Assembly: GCA_000043285.1 (NCBI GenBank)
Contig: BX248583.1
Coordinates: 150,001-182,000 of the forward strand
Source of the DNA: Candidatus Blochmanniella floridana
GTDB taxonomy: Bacteria > Pseudomonadota > Gammaproteobacteria > Enterobacterales > Enterobacteriaceae
DNA length: 32,000 nt
Direction of reading: 5' to 3'
The notes below the pieces were generated by a model. The model was not told the DNA's origin. It ran no database searches and was given only the letters and a program-made list of their open reading frames with translations. The position numbers and the translations under genes were made by a program. Shown here one piece after another: positions 10,465 through 21,062 of this stretch. Every line of letters starts with the position of its first letter. Position 1 is the first letter of the stretch.

Positions 10465-11546
10465 TTAAAATTACATCGTATTTTTATTCGTCTACTTTAT
10501 TTGAGGTTATGAATTCGGTATTATTTCGAGGAGTTGGAGGTTTATTTTTTTCTTTATTTATTTCTATAGTAATAGGTAATCGTATAATTGTATGGTTAAA
10601 ATATAAATTGCGTATGTTACAAACAATACGTATTGATGGACCTCAATCTCATAAGTTAAAGTATGGCACTCCTACTATGGGGGGTATAATAATTTTAATA
10701 TCTGTGGTTACATCAGTTATAATATGGTCAGATTTATCGAATATATATATATGGTATATATTGTTTATATTTGTTATGTATGGGATATTAGGTTTAGTTG
10801 ATGATTTTTTAAAGATAAAGAGAGGAGATAATTTAGGATTAACTATATTAAATAAATATTTATGGCAATCGATTATTGCATGGATATTAATAGTTATTAT
10901 GTTTATAAATAGAGTTAACTATGTAGAAAATCAGTCAGGGTTGGAATTTTTGAGAAATATTGTATGTAAGTTAAAAATTTGGGATATGATTTTAGCATAT
11001 TTTGTGATAGTAGGTACTAGTAATTCAGTTAATTTGTCTGATGGATTAGATGGATTAGTAATTGTTCCTGTAATATTAGTGGTAAGTGGGTTAGCTATTG
11101 TGACATGGGTTGTTGGTAATATATATATTACCAGTGATTTATATATTGAACATGTTGATTGTATTAAGGAATTAGTAGTGGTGTGTGCTTCTATTATTGG
11201 AGCTGGTCTTGGTTTTTTATGGTTTAATAGTTATCCATCTCAGATATTTATGGGTGATGTAGGTTCTTTATCTTTGGGAGGGGTAATTGGGTTAGTATCT
11301 ATATTATTACATCAAGAATATTTATTATTAATTATGGGAGGAATATTTGTAATAGAATCTTTATCTGTGATTTTTCAAGTGAGTTATTTTAAAATTTTTA
11401 AAAAAAGAATATTTAAAATGGCTCCTATTCATCATCATTTTGAATTAAAAGGTTATATGGAACCTAAAATTGTTGTACGATTTTGGATCGTATCATCGAT
11501 ATTAGTATTATTAAGTATAGTTATTTTTATTTTAAGTAAGTATTAA
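10449..11546 (+). CDS. mraY: Phospho-N-acetylmuramoyl-pentapeptide transferase
   Basis: 365-aa polytopic membrane ORF. GTPTMGG, NLSDGLDGL, MGDVGSLSLGG and MAPIHHHFELKG match E. coli MraY. The start MLFWII aligns to E. coli MLVWLA and overlaps the murF 3' end by 16 nt. Confidence 0.95.
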   Translation: MLFWIIKITSYFYSSTLFEVMNSVLFRGVGGLFFSLFISIVIGNRIIVWLKYKLRMLQTIRIDGPQSHKLKYGTPTMGGIIILISVVTSVIIWSDLSNIYIWYILFIFVMYGILGLVDDFLKIKRGDNLGLTILNKYLWQSIIAWILIVIMFINRVNYVENQSGLEFLRNIVCKLKIWDMILAYFVIVGTSNSVNLSDGLDGLVIVPVILVVSGLAIVTWVVGNIYITSDLYIEHVDCIKELVVVCASIIGAGLGFLWFNSYPSQIFMGDVGSLSLGGVIGLVSILLHQEYLLLIMGGIFVIESLSVIFQVSYFKIFKKRIFKMAPIHHHFELKGYMEPKIVVRFWIVSSILVLLSIVIFILSKY

Positions 11547-11557
11547 ATATTATTTTT

Positions 11558-12892
11558 ATGATAAGAAAATATCAAAAATCTAATGTCGTAATTATTGGAT
11601 TTGGAAAAACAGGATTATCTTGTTTAAATTTTTTTTTGATTCGAGGTGTGATACCAAAAATTATAGATACTCGACAGTATCCTTCAGAAATGAAAAATTT
11701 GCCTAGTTTTGTTGAATATTGTTTTGGAAGGCTAAATGATTTTTGGATATTAAATGCTAATTTAATAGTAGTAAGTCCGGGTGTTCGTTTAGATCATCCT
11801 ATTATTATAGAAGCTATGAAGTTAGGAATAGAGGTCGTGGGAGATATTGAATTATTTGTGCGAGAAATATCTGCTCCAATTATAGCTATTACCGGATCCA
11901 ATGGGAAAAGTACAGTTACTCAATTAGTAAGTAAGATGGCTAAGCAAGCTGGTTGGAGTGTTGGAGTAGCTGGAAATATTGGAGTTCCTGTCCTTTCGTT
12001 ATTAAAGAAGCAATATGAGTTATATGTATTAGAAATATCTAGTTTTCAATTAGATGTAACTTACAGTTTGCGTGCAACTGCAGCTACTATTTTAAATATT
12101 AGTGTAGATCATATGGATCGATATCCAAAAGGATTAGAGGAATATATTTGTTCTAAGAAAAGGATTTATCATAATTCTTATTTTTGTGTAGTGAATGATT
12201 CAGATCCATTAACTAAACCGTTATTAAATGATGGTATTTATCATGTAAGTTTTAGTATGAATTCGAAATCTGCAGATTATCGATTAGAATATTATAAAGG
12301 TAATAATTGGATAGTTGCAAATGGTGAATATGTGTTGAGTTGTGCTGAGTTGAAAATAAATAATTGTATGAATTATATGAATATGTTATCTGCATTAGCT
12401 TTATCAGATATTGTGAAGATTCCTCGTATTGTATCTTTACAGGTGTTACGATTTTTTTCTGGTTTATCACATCGGTTTCAGTTAGTTTATAAAAATCGTA
12501 ATGTTTGTTGGATTAATGATTCCAAAGCTACTAATGTTGGGGCTACGAAGGAAGCTATTAATAATACAATTATTACATTGAGGGATGGTAATTTGCATTT
12601 ATTGTTAGGAGGTGATGGGAAATTAGCTAATTTTTTTGAGTTATCTTGTTTAATTAAACATTATGCAATACATTTATATTGTTTTGGAAAGGATGGTGTT
12701 TGTTTAACGCAATCAGGTTTTAATGATGTTTTTTTATCGAATAATATAATAGATGCTATGTATATTATTAGTCGTCGAGTACAAAGAAAAGATATAGTTT
12801 TATTATCTCCAGCATGTGCAAGTTTAGATCAATTTTCGTCATTTAGAGCGCGTGGGAATTTATTTACTTATTTAGCTCAAAGATTAGGATGA
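11558..12892 (+). CDS. murD: UDP-N-acetylmuramoylalanine--D-glutamate ligase
   Basis: 444-aa ORF with the P-loop ITGSNGKST and INDSKATNVGAT. It holds the canonical dcw position. Confidence 0.94.
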   Translation: MIRKYQKSNVVIIGFGKTGLSCLNFFLIRGVIPKIIDTRQYPSEMKNLPSFVEYCFGRLNDFWILNANLIVVSPGVRLDHPIIIEAMKLGIEVVGDIELFVREISAPIIAITGSNGKSTVTQLVSKMAKQAGWSVGVAGNIGVPVLSLLKKQYELYVLEISSFQLDVTYSLRATAATILNISVDHMDRYPKGLEEYICSKKRIYHNSYFCVVNDSDPLTKPLLNDGIYHVSFSMNSKSADYRLEYYKGNNWIVANGEYVLSCAELKINNCMNYMNMLSALALSDIVKIPRIVSLQVLRFFSGLSHRFQLVYKNRNVCWINDSKATNVGATKEAINNTIITLRDGNLHLLLGGDGKLANFFELSCLIKHYAIHLYCFGKDGVCLTQSGFNDVFLSNNIIDAMYIISRRVQRKDIVLLSPACASLDQFSSFRARGNLFTYLAQRLG

Positions 12893-12964
12893 TAATTTTA
12901 ATTATATTTAAATATAAAATTGAAAATGTTATTATAAAAATTTTAATAAATAATTAAGATATAT

Positions 12965-14071
12965 ATGTTATATGATCGTTTATTATGTGGATTGTTATTA
13001 GGATTAATTTGTTTTGGTTTTATTATGGTGAGTTCAGGATCTATTTCTACGGGAGTGTATTTATTAAATGATCCTTGGTTTTTTATAAAAAGAATAATTG
13101 TTTATTATAGTATTGCATTTATATTATCGTTAATAACGTTAACGGTTCCTATAGTTATTTGGAAGCATTATAGTTATGTAATTTTATTATGTAGTTTGTT
13201 AATGTTGATTGGAGTGTTGGTATGTAATAATACTATTAATGGGGCTTCTCGTTGGATAATATGGGGTCCGTTATGTTTTCAACCGTCAGAATTGTCTAAG
13301 TTATCTTTTATTTGTTATCTTGCTAATTATTTAGAACGTAAGTTTAAAGAAGTACAAAATACTTTTTGGGGTATTTGTAAGCCTATTATGATTGTGATGT
13401 TATTATCTGTTTTGTTATTAGGTCAACCTGATTTTGGTAGTGTAATAATTTTATTTGTTATTACTTTATTTGTATTATTTTTATTTGGAGCTAAATTATG
13501 GCAACTTATGTTAATTTTTGTATTTAATATATTGTTGATTGTATGGTCAGTTGTATTTAAACCTTACCGTATACAACGTATATTAGCTTTTTGGAATCCT
13601 TGGAATGATCCGTATGGTAATGGGTATCAATTGACTCAATCATTAATGGCTTTTGGGCAAGGTGGATATTTTGGGAGAGGATTAGGAAATTCTATACAAA
13701 AATTAGAATATTTACCTGAAGCTCATACTGATTTTATTTTTTCTATTGTAGCAGAAGAATTAGGTTTTATTGGGGCAATATTAGTATTATTCATGTTATT
13801 CATAATAATTATAAAGGCTATAATTATTGGAATGCATGCTTTTGATATTGATCAAAAGTTTTCAGGTGTTTTGGCATGTTCTATTGGAATTTGGCTTGGA
13901 TTACAAACATTTATTAATGTTGGGGTAGTTAGTGGAATATTGCCTACTAAAGGGTTAACTTTTCCATTTATTAGTTATGGGGGGTCTAGTTTTGTGGTCA
14001 CAACAATAGCAAGTGTATTGTTAATTCGAATAGATTTTGAAATACGTTTAAGGAAAATTCAGGCTTTTTAG
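12965..14071 (+). CDS. ftsW: Peptidoglycan glycosyltransferase / cell division protein FtsW (SEDS family)
   Basis: 368-aa polytopic [33 protein letters not shown] and [16 protein letters not shown] are collinear with E. coli FtsW. It is shorter than E. coli at the N-terminus; the start aligns to the E. coli internal MYDR. Confidence 0.94.
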   Translation: MLYDRLLCGLLLGLICFGFIMVSSGSISTGVYLLNDPWFFIKRIIVYYSIAFILSLITLTVPIVIWKHYSYVILLCSLLMLIGVLVCNNTINGASRWIIWGPLCFQPSELSKLSFICYLANYLERKFKEVQNTFWGICKPIMIVMLLSVLLLGQPDFGSVIILFVITLFVLFLFGAKLWQLMLIFVFNILLIVWSVVFKPYRIQRILAFWNPWNDPYGNGYQLTQSLMAFGQGGYFGRGLGNSIQKLEYLPEAHTDFIFSIVAEELGFIGAILVLFMLFIIIIKAIIIGMHAFDIDQKFSGVLACSIGIWLGLQTFINVGVVSGILPTKGLTFPFISYGGSSFVVTTIASVLLIRIDFEIRLRKIQAF

Positions 14072-14081
14072 AAAATATGAA

Positions 14082-15176
14082 ATGGATATATATATGAATC
14101 AATCAGTACAAACAATCATGATAATAGCAGGTGGTACTGGAGGTCATATTTTTCCAGGATTATCAGTGGCGCGTTATTTAATGAATCATGGTTATAAGGT
14201 GGTTTGGATAGGGTCTAAAGATCGTATAGAATCGGAATTAGTTCCAGTATATAATATTGATATTAAATATATTTGTATACAAGGATTACGTGGTAAAAAA
14301 ATTTATCAAAAATTGATTACATTATTATTTTTGATTTTTTTTGCAATGTATCAATCATTTAAAATTATAAGGTGCTGGAAACCTGATATTGTCTTAAGTA
14401 TGGGAGGATATGTATCTGGGCCTAGTAGTTTGGTAGCATGGTTGTATGGAATTCCTGTAATTATACACGAGCAAAACAGAATAATGGGATTAACTAATCG
14501 TTATGTATCTCGTTTTGCTAAAAAAATATTACAAGGTTTTCCGAATACTGTAAATGGAGCTATTACTTCTGGTAATCCATTGAGGTATGAAATTTTATCT
14601 ATTCCTGATCCAGTCCATAGATTAGAAGGTCGTACTGGTCCAATACGAGTATTAGTTGTAGGAGGTAGTACTGGATCATTTATATTTAACAAAGTTATTC
14701 CAGAAGTTTTTGGAAAATTATTTGGTAAATTAATTATATGGCATCAATCTGGAAAAAAAGGTTTTAATGATACCATACAAGCTTATAAAAAATTGCATTG
14801 TAATAGTAGTAATTATAAGGTCGTACCGTTTATTGATAATATGGCCCATGCTTACTCATGGGCAGATGTTATAATATCTAGATCTGGAGCTTTAATGGTT
14901 AGCGAAATATCTTACGTAGGGTTACCAGCGATATTTGTACCATTTAATTATCATAAGGATTATCAACAATATTGGAATGCTTTTCAATTAGTGAAATCGG
15001 GATCGGCGATAATTATTGAACAAGAAAGATTTACGAGTGATTATGTTAGTATAATTTTAGGAAATTGGAATAGAAAAGTTTTACTTAATATGGCAATACT
15101 ATCTAAATCTTTAGAAATGTCTAATGCAACGCAATTAGTTGCGCAAACGGTGATGCGATATTTAAATGGTAAATAG
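14082..15176 (+). CDS. murG: UDP-GlcNAc:undecaprenyl-PP-MurNAc-pentapeptide GlcNAc transferase
   Basis: 364-aa ORF. AGGTGGHIFPGLSVA, GGYVSGP, IHEQN and SRSGALMVSE match E. coli MurG. An alternative ATG lies at 14094. Confidence 0.95.
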   Translation: MDIYMNQSVQTIMIIAGGTGGHIFPGLSVARYLMNHGYKVVWIGSKDRIESELVPVYNIDIKYICIQGLRGKKIYQKLITLLFLIFFAMYQSFKIIRCWKPDIVLSMGGYVSGPSSLVAWLYGIPVIIHEQNRIMGLTNRYVSRFAKKILQGFPNTVNGAITSGNPLRYEILSIPDPVHRLEGRTGPIRVLVVGGSTGSFIFNKVIPEVFGKLFGKLIIWHQSGKKGFNDTIQAYKKLHCNSSNYKVVPFIDNMAHAYSWADVIISRSGALMVSEISYVGLPAIFVPFNYHKDYQQYWNAFQLVKSGSAIIIEQERFTSDYVSIILGNWNRKVLLNMAILSKSLEMSNATQLVAQTVMRYLNGK

Positions 15177-15205
15177 GACTATAATATAGTAGCATATTGA
15201 TTAAT

Positions 15206-16648
15206 ATGCAATCATCTTATTTTAAAAATGGTATTTTACCTATAATTAATCGATTTTATACTAAACAAATTCATTTTGTTGGTATAGGTGGTATAGGTAT
15301 GTGTGGGCTTGCTATGTTATTATTAGCACAGGGATATTGTATTACTGGTTCTGATATTGCCCAAAATGATATGATACGGTCTTTATTAAAGTTAGGTATA
15401 AAAATATTTTTTGGGCATCGTGATAGTAATATAAATCAAGAAATAAATATTGTGGTGATATCTAGCGCTATTGATATAAATAATCCTGAAGTTCAACAAG
15501 CTAAGAGGTTAAAGATTCCTGTTATTCATCGAGTAAAAATATTATCTGAATTGATGAGATATAAATATGGAATAGCTATTGCTGGAACACATGGAAAAAC
15601 TACTACCGTTTCTATGTTGACCAATATTTATGTGGAAGCAGGATTGGATCCAACATTTGTAAATGGAGGTATAATCAGATCACAGGGGGTATCAGCTCGA
15701 CTTGGTTATGGGAATGATTTTATTGCAGAATCAGACGAAAGTGATAAATCTTTTTTAAGATTATGTCCTGTTGTAGCGGTAATTACGAATATTGATACTG
15801 ATCATATGAATACATATCATCAAAATTTTGAATATCTTCAGGAAGTATTTATTAAGTTTTTAGACAAATTACCAATGTATGGTTATGCTGTTGTATGTAT
15901 TGATGATCCAGTAGTTCGAAAAATTTTACCTCGTATTAATAGAAAGATTATTACTTATGGATTTAGTAAAGATGCAACTTTATGTATTGTAAAGTATTAT
16001 CAGTATAGGGAAAAAAGCAATTTTACTATTTTAATCAAAAATAATAAAGAATTACAAGTAGTATTAAATACTCCTGGTTATCATAATGCATTAAATGCTG
16101 CTGCTTCTATAGCAGTAGCTATTGAAGAAGGGATACGTGATACAGTGATTTTAAAATCTATGTCGAATTTTACAGGAACAAATAGGCGATTTGAATTTTT
16201 AGGAAATTATCCTTTGAATATTATAAATGGTAGAGTTGGAAAAGTTATGGTAATAGATGATTACGGACATCATCCTGCTGAATTACGTTCTACTATTATA
16301 GCAATTCGTACGGGATGGTCTGATCATCGATTAGTTATGGTATTTCAACCGCATAGATTTACACGTACACATGAATTGTATGATAATTTTGTTAGAGTAC
16401 TTTCAACTGTAGATGTTTTATTAATGCTGGATATTTATTCTGCTGGAGAACAGCCTATTATGGGTATTAATGCCCAATCTTTATGTGATTCAATTCTGAA
16501 ATATGCTAAAGTTCAGCCTATATTTGTGCAAAATGAATGTTTTTTATTGAAATTTTTGATGAATTTGCTTCGAGATAAGGATTTGCTCTTAATTCAGGGA
16601 GCTGGAACAATTAGTGAGATTGTGAAGGCTTTATTTATAAAAAGATGA
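15206..16648 (+). CDS. murC: UDP-N-acetylmuramate--L-alanine ligase
   Basis: The ORF-track frame starts at a TTG at 15197; the first ATG is at 15206. IHFVGIGGIGM, the P-loop AGTHGKTTT, DDYGHHP and FQPHRFTRT match E. coli MurC. The length is close to E. coli MurC, so there is no fused Ddl domain. Confidence 0.95.
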   Translation: MQSSYFKNGILPIINRFYTKQIHFVGIGGIGMCGLAMLLLAQGYCITGSDIAQNDMIRSLLKLGIKIFFGHRDSNINQEINIVVISSAIDINNPEVQQAKRLKIPVIHRVKILSELMRYKYGIAIAGTHGKTTTVSMLTNIYVEAGLDPTFVNGGIIRSQGVSARLGYGNDFIAESDESDKSFLRLCPVVAVITNIDTDHMNTYHQNFEYLQEVFIKFLDKLPMYGYAVVCIDDPVVRKILPRINRKIITYGFSKDATLCIVKYYQYREKSNFTILIKNNKELQVVLNTPGYHNALNAAASIAVAIEEGIRDTVILKSMSNFTGTNRRFEFLGNYPLNIINGRVGKVMVIDDYGHHPAELRSTIIAIRTGWSDHRLVMVFQPHRFTRTHELYDNFVRVLSTVDVLLMLDIYSAGEQPIMGINAQSLCDSILKYAKVQPIFVQNECFLLKFLMNLLRDKDLLLIQGAGTISEIVKALFIKR

Positions 16649-16725
16649 TAAAGTTAATATATTATGGTAATAATAAAATTTGAATATTGAATCAATAGAA
16701 TTTTTAACTATTTATAATAAGTGTG

Positions 16726-17562
16726 ATGTTAATGCAGTATATTTTAAAATTAAAATATTACTTGTACAATATAACATGGAAGTTAGTTTTTATATGTGTT
16801 ATGTTAGTTTTATTAATTGTAGGTATACATAAAAATATTAAATGGGTATGTGATTACTATAGCGGACCGTTATCCTATATTATAGTTACTGGTAATCGTT
16901 TTTTTACTACTAATGATGATATTAATTACATAATACTAAAATCGGGAGTATTGGGTACGTTTATAACACAAGATGTTAATATTATTCAAAAACAGATTAA
17001 ACAAATGCCGTGGATTCAAAAAGTTAGTGTAAGAAAACAATGGCCGAATACTTTGAAGATTAATTTGATAGAGTATATTCCTATAGCTTATTGGAATAAT
17101 GAGTTTATTAGTACAACAGGGGTTGTTTTTTCGGTTTCTGAATGCCTATATAATGAATATAGTAGTTTCGTTAGAAAAATGTATCAGGAAATTCCAATTT
17201 TATATGGTCCTACAGGTAAGGATCAGGAAGTTTTAAATAATTATTTAAGATTTAGTGCTATATTGAAATCTAGTAATTTTCAAATAAAGTCAGTAAAAAC
17301 GGATACATGTTATACTTGGCAGTTAGTTTTAGATAATAATGTTTGCTTGAAATTAGGTTGTGTTAATCTTATCGAACGGTTACATTATTTTATAAAAGTT
17401 TATCCATTTCTTGTAAAGGAAATGGATGAAAAAAATAAGTATATCGATTATGTAGATTTACGTTATAATTCTGGTTGTTCTGTGAGATGGATTCATAATA
17501 TGATTGACCCGGTATTTCATGCAATAAATAATGTTAGTAAAGGAAGTCATGATTATGATTAA
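16726..17562 (+). CDS. ftsQ: Cell division protein FtsQ
   Basis: The ORF has one TM segment. The POTRA-region string FITQDVNIIQKQIKQMPWIQKVSVRKQWPNTLKINLIEYIPIAYWN is closely collinear with E. coli FtsQ, and YVDLRY is conserved. A GTG at 16723 is an alternative start. Confidence 0.92.
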   Translation: MLMQYILKLKYYLYNITWKLVFICVMLVLLIVGIHKNIKWVCDYYSGPLSYIIVTGNRFFTTNDDINYIILKSGVLGTFITQDVNIIQKQIKQMPWIQKVSVRKQWPNTLKINLIEYIPIAYWNNEFISTTGVVFSVSECLYNEYSSFVRKMYQEIPILYGPTGKDQEVLNNYLRFSAILKSSNFQIKSVKTDTCYTWQLVLDNNVCLKLGCVNLIERLHYFIKVYPFLVKEMDEKNKYIDYVDLRYNSGCSVRWIHNMIDPVFHAINNVSKGSHDYD

Positions 17563-18817
17563 AGTTTCAGATAATAAAAAACTTTTGGTAGGATTAGAAA
17601 TTGGAACAGCTAAAGTTGCAACATTAATTGGTGAAATTTTACCTGATAGTATGATAAATATTATTGGAATGGGGTGTTGTGCATCACAAGGAATGGATAA
17701 AGGAGGAGTAAATAATTTAGAATCAGTAATAAAGTGTGTGGAGTATTCTATTAATCAAGCGGAGTCAATGTCTGGATGTCAAATTACTTCTGTTTATTTG
17801 TCCTTATCTGGAAAACATATTAGTTGTAAAAATGAAATAGGGATGGTTTCTATTTCTGAAGAAGAAGTTACTCAGTCAGATGTAGATAATGTAGTCCATA
17901 TAGCTAAATCAGTGAAAATGAGTGATGAACATCGTATATTGCATGTTATACCTCAGGATTATTCTATTGATTATCAAGAAGGTATAAAAAATCCTGTTGG
18001 TTTGTCTGGGGTGAGGATGCAAGCAAAAGTTCATTTAATTACTTGCCATAATGACATGGCTAAGAATATTGTCAAAGCTGTGGAGCGTTGTGGTTTACGG
18101 GTAGATCAATTAATATTTTCTGGTTTATCTTCTAGTTATGCTGTTTTGACTCAAGATGAACGCGAATTAGGAGTGTGTGTGGTGGATTTAGGAGGTGGGA
18201 CCATGGATATTGCAATATATACTGCAGGAGCATTACGTTATATAAAGGTGATTCCATATGCAGGTAATGTAGTAACAAGTGATATTGCTTATGCATTTGG
18301 AACTCCGTTATCTGCTGCGGAGTCTATTAAATTACGTTATGGATGTGCGTTAGAGTCTTTGGTTGATAGGGATGAGAATATAGAAGTACCGAGTGTTGGA
18401 GGTAGGCCGCCTCGTATTTTGCAGAGATATATGTTAGCAGAAATTATTGAACCTAGATATGTTGAGTTGATGAATTTAGTTAATAAGGAAATATTACAAT
18501 TACAATCTCAATTGAAGCAATTTAATATTAAGCATCATCTTGCAGCTGGAGTTGTGTTAACTGGTGGTGCATCTATGATAGATGGATTAGTGGCATGCGC
18601 ACAAAAAGTATTTCATAATCAAGTGCGAATTGCATCTTCAATAAATATTCTTGGGTCTATTGATGATGATATACGAGGGCCTCAATACTCTACTGTTATT
18701 GGTTTATTACATTATGGAAAAGAATCTCATTTAAATGATGATGCAGATATAGATAAAAAAATAAAAATTAAAAATTGGATAAAGAAAATAAACGGTTGGT
18801 TAAAAAAAGAATTTTAA
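17555..18817 (+). CDS. ftsA: Cell division protein FtsA
   Basis: The ATG at 17555 gives MIKVSDNKKLLVGLEIGTAKVA, matching E. coli MIKATDRKLVVGLEIGTAKVA. The ORF-track start at 17531 is an upstream extension. VDLGGGTMDIA and the C-terminal membrane-targeting WLKKEF are conserved. It overlaps the ftsQ stop by 8 nt. Confidence 0.96.
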   Translation: MIKVSDNKKLLVGLEIGTAKVATLIGEILPDSMINIIGMGCCASQGMDKGGVNNLESVIKCVEYSINQAESMSGCQITSVYLSLSGKHISCKNEIGMVSISEEEVTQSDVDNVVHIAKSVKMSDEHRILHVIPQDYSIDYQEGIKNPVGLSGVRMQAKVHLITCHNDMAKNIVKAVERCGLRVDQLIFSGLSSSYAVLTQDERELGVCVVDLGGGTMDIAIYTAGALRYIKVIPYAGNVVTSDIAYAFGTPLSAAESIKLRYGCALESLVDRDENIEVPSVGGRPPRILQRYMLAEIIEPRYVELMNLVNKEILQLQSQLKQFNIKHHLAAGVVLTGGASMIDGLVACAQKVFHNQVRIASSINILGSIDDDIRGPQYSTVIGLLHYGKESHLNDDADIDKKIKIKNWIKKINGWLKKEF

Positions 18818-18831
18818 TATATTTAGTCATG

Positions 18832-18860
18832 ATAATATCATAATAGGTATATGATATTAT
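18832..18860 (+). promoter_or_regulatory. 11-bp perfect inverted repeat (ATAATATCATA, 7-nt loop, TATGATATTAT) in the ftsA-ftsZ spacer; function unknown
   Basis: The left arm is 18832-18842, the loop ATAGGTA is 18843-18849, and the right arm is 18850-18860. The right arm is the exact reverse complement of the left and is followed by TTT. It overlaps a second dyad, ATGATAATATCAT (18829-18841). It lies 32 nt upstream of the ftsZ ATG and the GGAG at 18883-18886. Confidence 0.35.
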
Positions 18861-18892
18861 TTTAAATTGAGTATGTTCATACGGAGAAAATT

Positions 18893-20068
18893 ATGTTTGA
18901 ACCAATAGAGTTAACTAGTGATGCGGTAATTAAAGTCATTGGTATTGGTGGAGGAGGTAGCAATGCTGTGGAACATATGTTACGGGAACGTATTGAAGGG
19001 GTGGATTTTTTTGCAGTAAACACTGATGCTCAAGCTTTACGGAAAATGATTGTAGGCCAGACTATTCAGATTGGTAGTTCTATTACTAAAGGATTAGGGG
19101 CAGGATCTAATCCAGAAATTGGTCGAAATTCTGCAGAAGAAGATCGAGATGTGTTGAGATCTACGATAGAAGGGGCTGATATGGTGTTTATTGCTGCTGG
19201 TATGGGGGGAGGTACGGGAACTGGAGCAGCTCCAGTTGTAGCAGAAGTGGCAAAAGATTTAGGAATTTTAACAGTTGCTGTAGTTACTAAACCTTTTAAT
19301 TTTGAAGGAAAAAAACGTATGATGTTCGCTGAACAAGGTATTACTGAATTATCTAAATATGTAGATTCATTAATTACTATTCCTAATGATAAGTTATTAA
19401 AAGTTTTAGGACGAGGTATATCATTACTTGATGCCTTTAGCGCAGCTAATGATGTATTAAAAGGGGCGGTACAGGGTATTGCTGAATTGATTACTAGGCC
19501 TGGTTTAATGAATGTGGATTTTGCAGATGTACGTACTGTAATGTCAGAAATGGGATATGCTATGATGGGCTCAGGAGTAGGATGCGGAGATGATAGAGCG
19601 GAAGAGGCATCTGAGTTAGCTATTGCTAGTCCATTATTAGAAGATATTGATTTGTCTGGAGCTCGAGGGGTATTAGTAAATATTACTTCTGGTTTAGATT
19701 TAAGATTGGATGAATTTGAAACAGTGGGTAATACTATACGGTCTTTTGCGTCAGATAATGCAACTGTAGTAATAGGAACAGCTTTAGATCCTGATATAAA
19801 AAATGATGAATTGAGAGTGACGGTAGTTGCAACAGGAATTGGAGTTGATAAGAATTTAGAAAATACATTACCTACTGCCGATCATTTAGAAGAACAGAAA
19901 ATGGTTAAAGAAAGTCACTATAATAATCATGCAATACAGAAGCAAAGAAAATCTGCTTTTTTTAATGAATCTCAACATGATACATCATCGAATGTAGTAA
20001 GTCATGATAATTCTATTTTAGATAAGGACATGGATTATTTAGATATTCCTGCATTTTTAAGGAAATGA
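18893..20068 (+). CDS. ftsZ: Cell division GTPase FtsZ
   Basis: 391-aa ORF. The tubulin signature [10 protein letters not shown] and NTDAQAL are present, and the sequence is near-identical to E. coli FtsZ over the GTPase core. The C-terminal FtsA/ZipA-binding peptide [11 protein letters not shown] is retained. GGAG lies 6 nt upstream of the ATG. Confidence 0.98.
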   Translation: MFEPIELTSDAVIKVIGIGGGGSNAVEHMLRERIEGVDFFAVNTDAQALRKMIVGQTIQIGSSITKGLGAGSNPEIGRNSAEEDRDVLRSTIEGADMVFIAAGMGGGTGTGAAPVVAEVAKDLGILTVAVVTKPFNFEGKKRMMFAEQGITELSKYVDSLITIPNDKLLKVLGRGISLLDAFSAANDVLKGAVQGIAELITRPGLMNVDFADVRTVMSEMGYAMMGSGVGCGDDRAEEASELAIASPLLEDIDLSGARGVLVNITSGLDLRLDEFETVGNTIRSFASDNATVVIGTALDPDIKNDELRVTVVATGIGVDKNLENTLPTADHLEEQKMVKESHYNNHAIQKQRKSAFFNESQHDTSSNVVSHDNSILDKDMDYLDIPAFLRK

Positions 20069-20135
20069 TGACATAAATAATATAGTATTATGTGTTATTT
20101 GTATATATTTATGAAATAAAAATATTGTAGTTAAT

Positions 20136-21032
20136 ATGATCAAACAACGAACATTAAAAAATATAGTTTGTACTACTGGAATAGGATTACACACTGGTCA
20201 AGAAGTTACATTAACATTATATCCTGCATTAGCAAATACTGGTATTATTTATCGTCGCATTGATTTAAATCCTCCTGTAGATTTTTGTGTTAACATAGAA
20301 TCAGTGGGTAGTACTTTTTTATGTACATGTTTGAAAAATAATACATATGGAGTACAAGTGTTGACGGTTGAGCATTTAAGCGCTGCACAATCAGGATTAG
20401 GTATTGATAATATAATAATAGAATTGAATGGACCTGAAGTCCCTATTATGGATGGAAGCGCTGATCCATTTGTATCTTTATTGTTAAAAGCCGGAATAAA
20501 GGAGTTAAATAGTTCTAAAAATTTTTTTCGATTAAAACAGATTGTACGAGTGGAAGATGGGGATAGGTGGGCTGAACTTAGGCCATTTAATGGGTTTACG
20601 TTAGATTTTACTATTGATTATGATCATCCAGTAGTTAATATGAAAAATAAGCATTATTTTTTCAATTTCACTTCTAAATCGTTTAGAAGTGAAATTAGTT
20701 CTGCTCGTACTTTTGGTTTTGTAGATAATATTCAAAAATTAAAAAATTGTGGTTTTGTGTTGGGAGGGAGTTTAACTTCATCCGTAGTAATGGATAAATA
20801 TCAGGTAGTTAATTCAGAAGGGTTACGTTTTAATAATGAATTAGTTCGTCATAAAATACTTGATGCTGTTGGAGATTTGTTTATGTGCGGATATAATTTG
20901 ATTGGATCTTTTATTGGATTTAAATCTGGTCATACTTTGAATAATAAATTGCTTCGGGCTGTTTTGGCGCGTCGAAAAGCATGGGAAATTACTTCTTGTA
21001 TTCAGGGATGTGATGTATCAAAAATTTTTTAA
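20136..21032 (+). CDS. lpxC: UDP-3-O-acyl-N-acetylglucosamine deacetylase (lipid A biosynthesis)
   Basis: 298-aa [23 protein letters not shown] and [11 protein letters not shown] match E. coli LpxC. It holds the canonical position after ftsZ. Confidence 0.95.
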   Translation: MIKQRTLKNIVCTTGIGLHTGQEVTLTLYPALANTGIIYRRIDLNPPVDFCVNIESVGSTFLCTCLKNNTYGVQVLTVEHLSAAQSGLGIDNIIIELNGPEVPIMDGSADPFVSLLLKAGIKELNSSKNFFRLKQIVRVEDGDRWAELRPFNGFTLDFTIDYDHPVVNMKNKHYFFNFTSKSFRSEISSARTFGFVDNIQKLKNCGFVLGGSLTSSVVMDKYQVVNSEGLRFNNELVRHKILDAVGDLFMCGYNLIGSFIGFKSGHTLNNKLLRAVLARRKAWEITSCIQGCDVSKIF

Positions 21033-21062
21033 GTTTATTAAATTAAAACAATTATATTGTAT

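Noticed and set aside
12252-12470. 72-aa minus-strand ORF antisense to murD.
   Set aside because: It is embedded in murD, has low-complexity composition, and lacks an SD or any homology signal.
14501-14692. 63-aa minus-strand ORF antisense to murG.
   Set aside because: It is embedded in the conserved murG and is probably a chance open frame.
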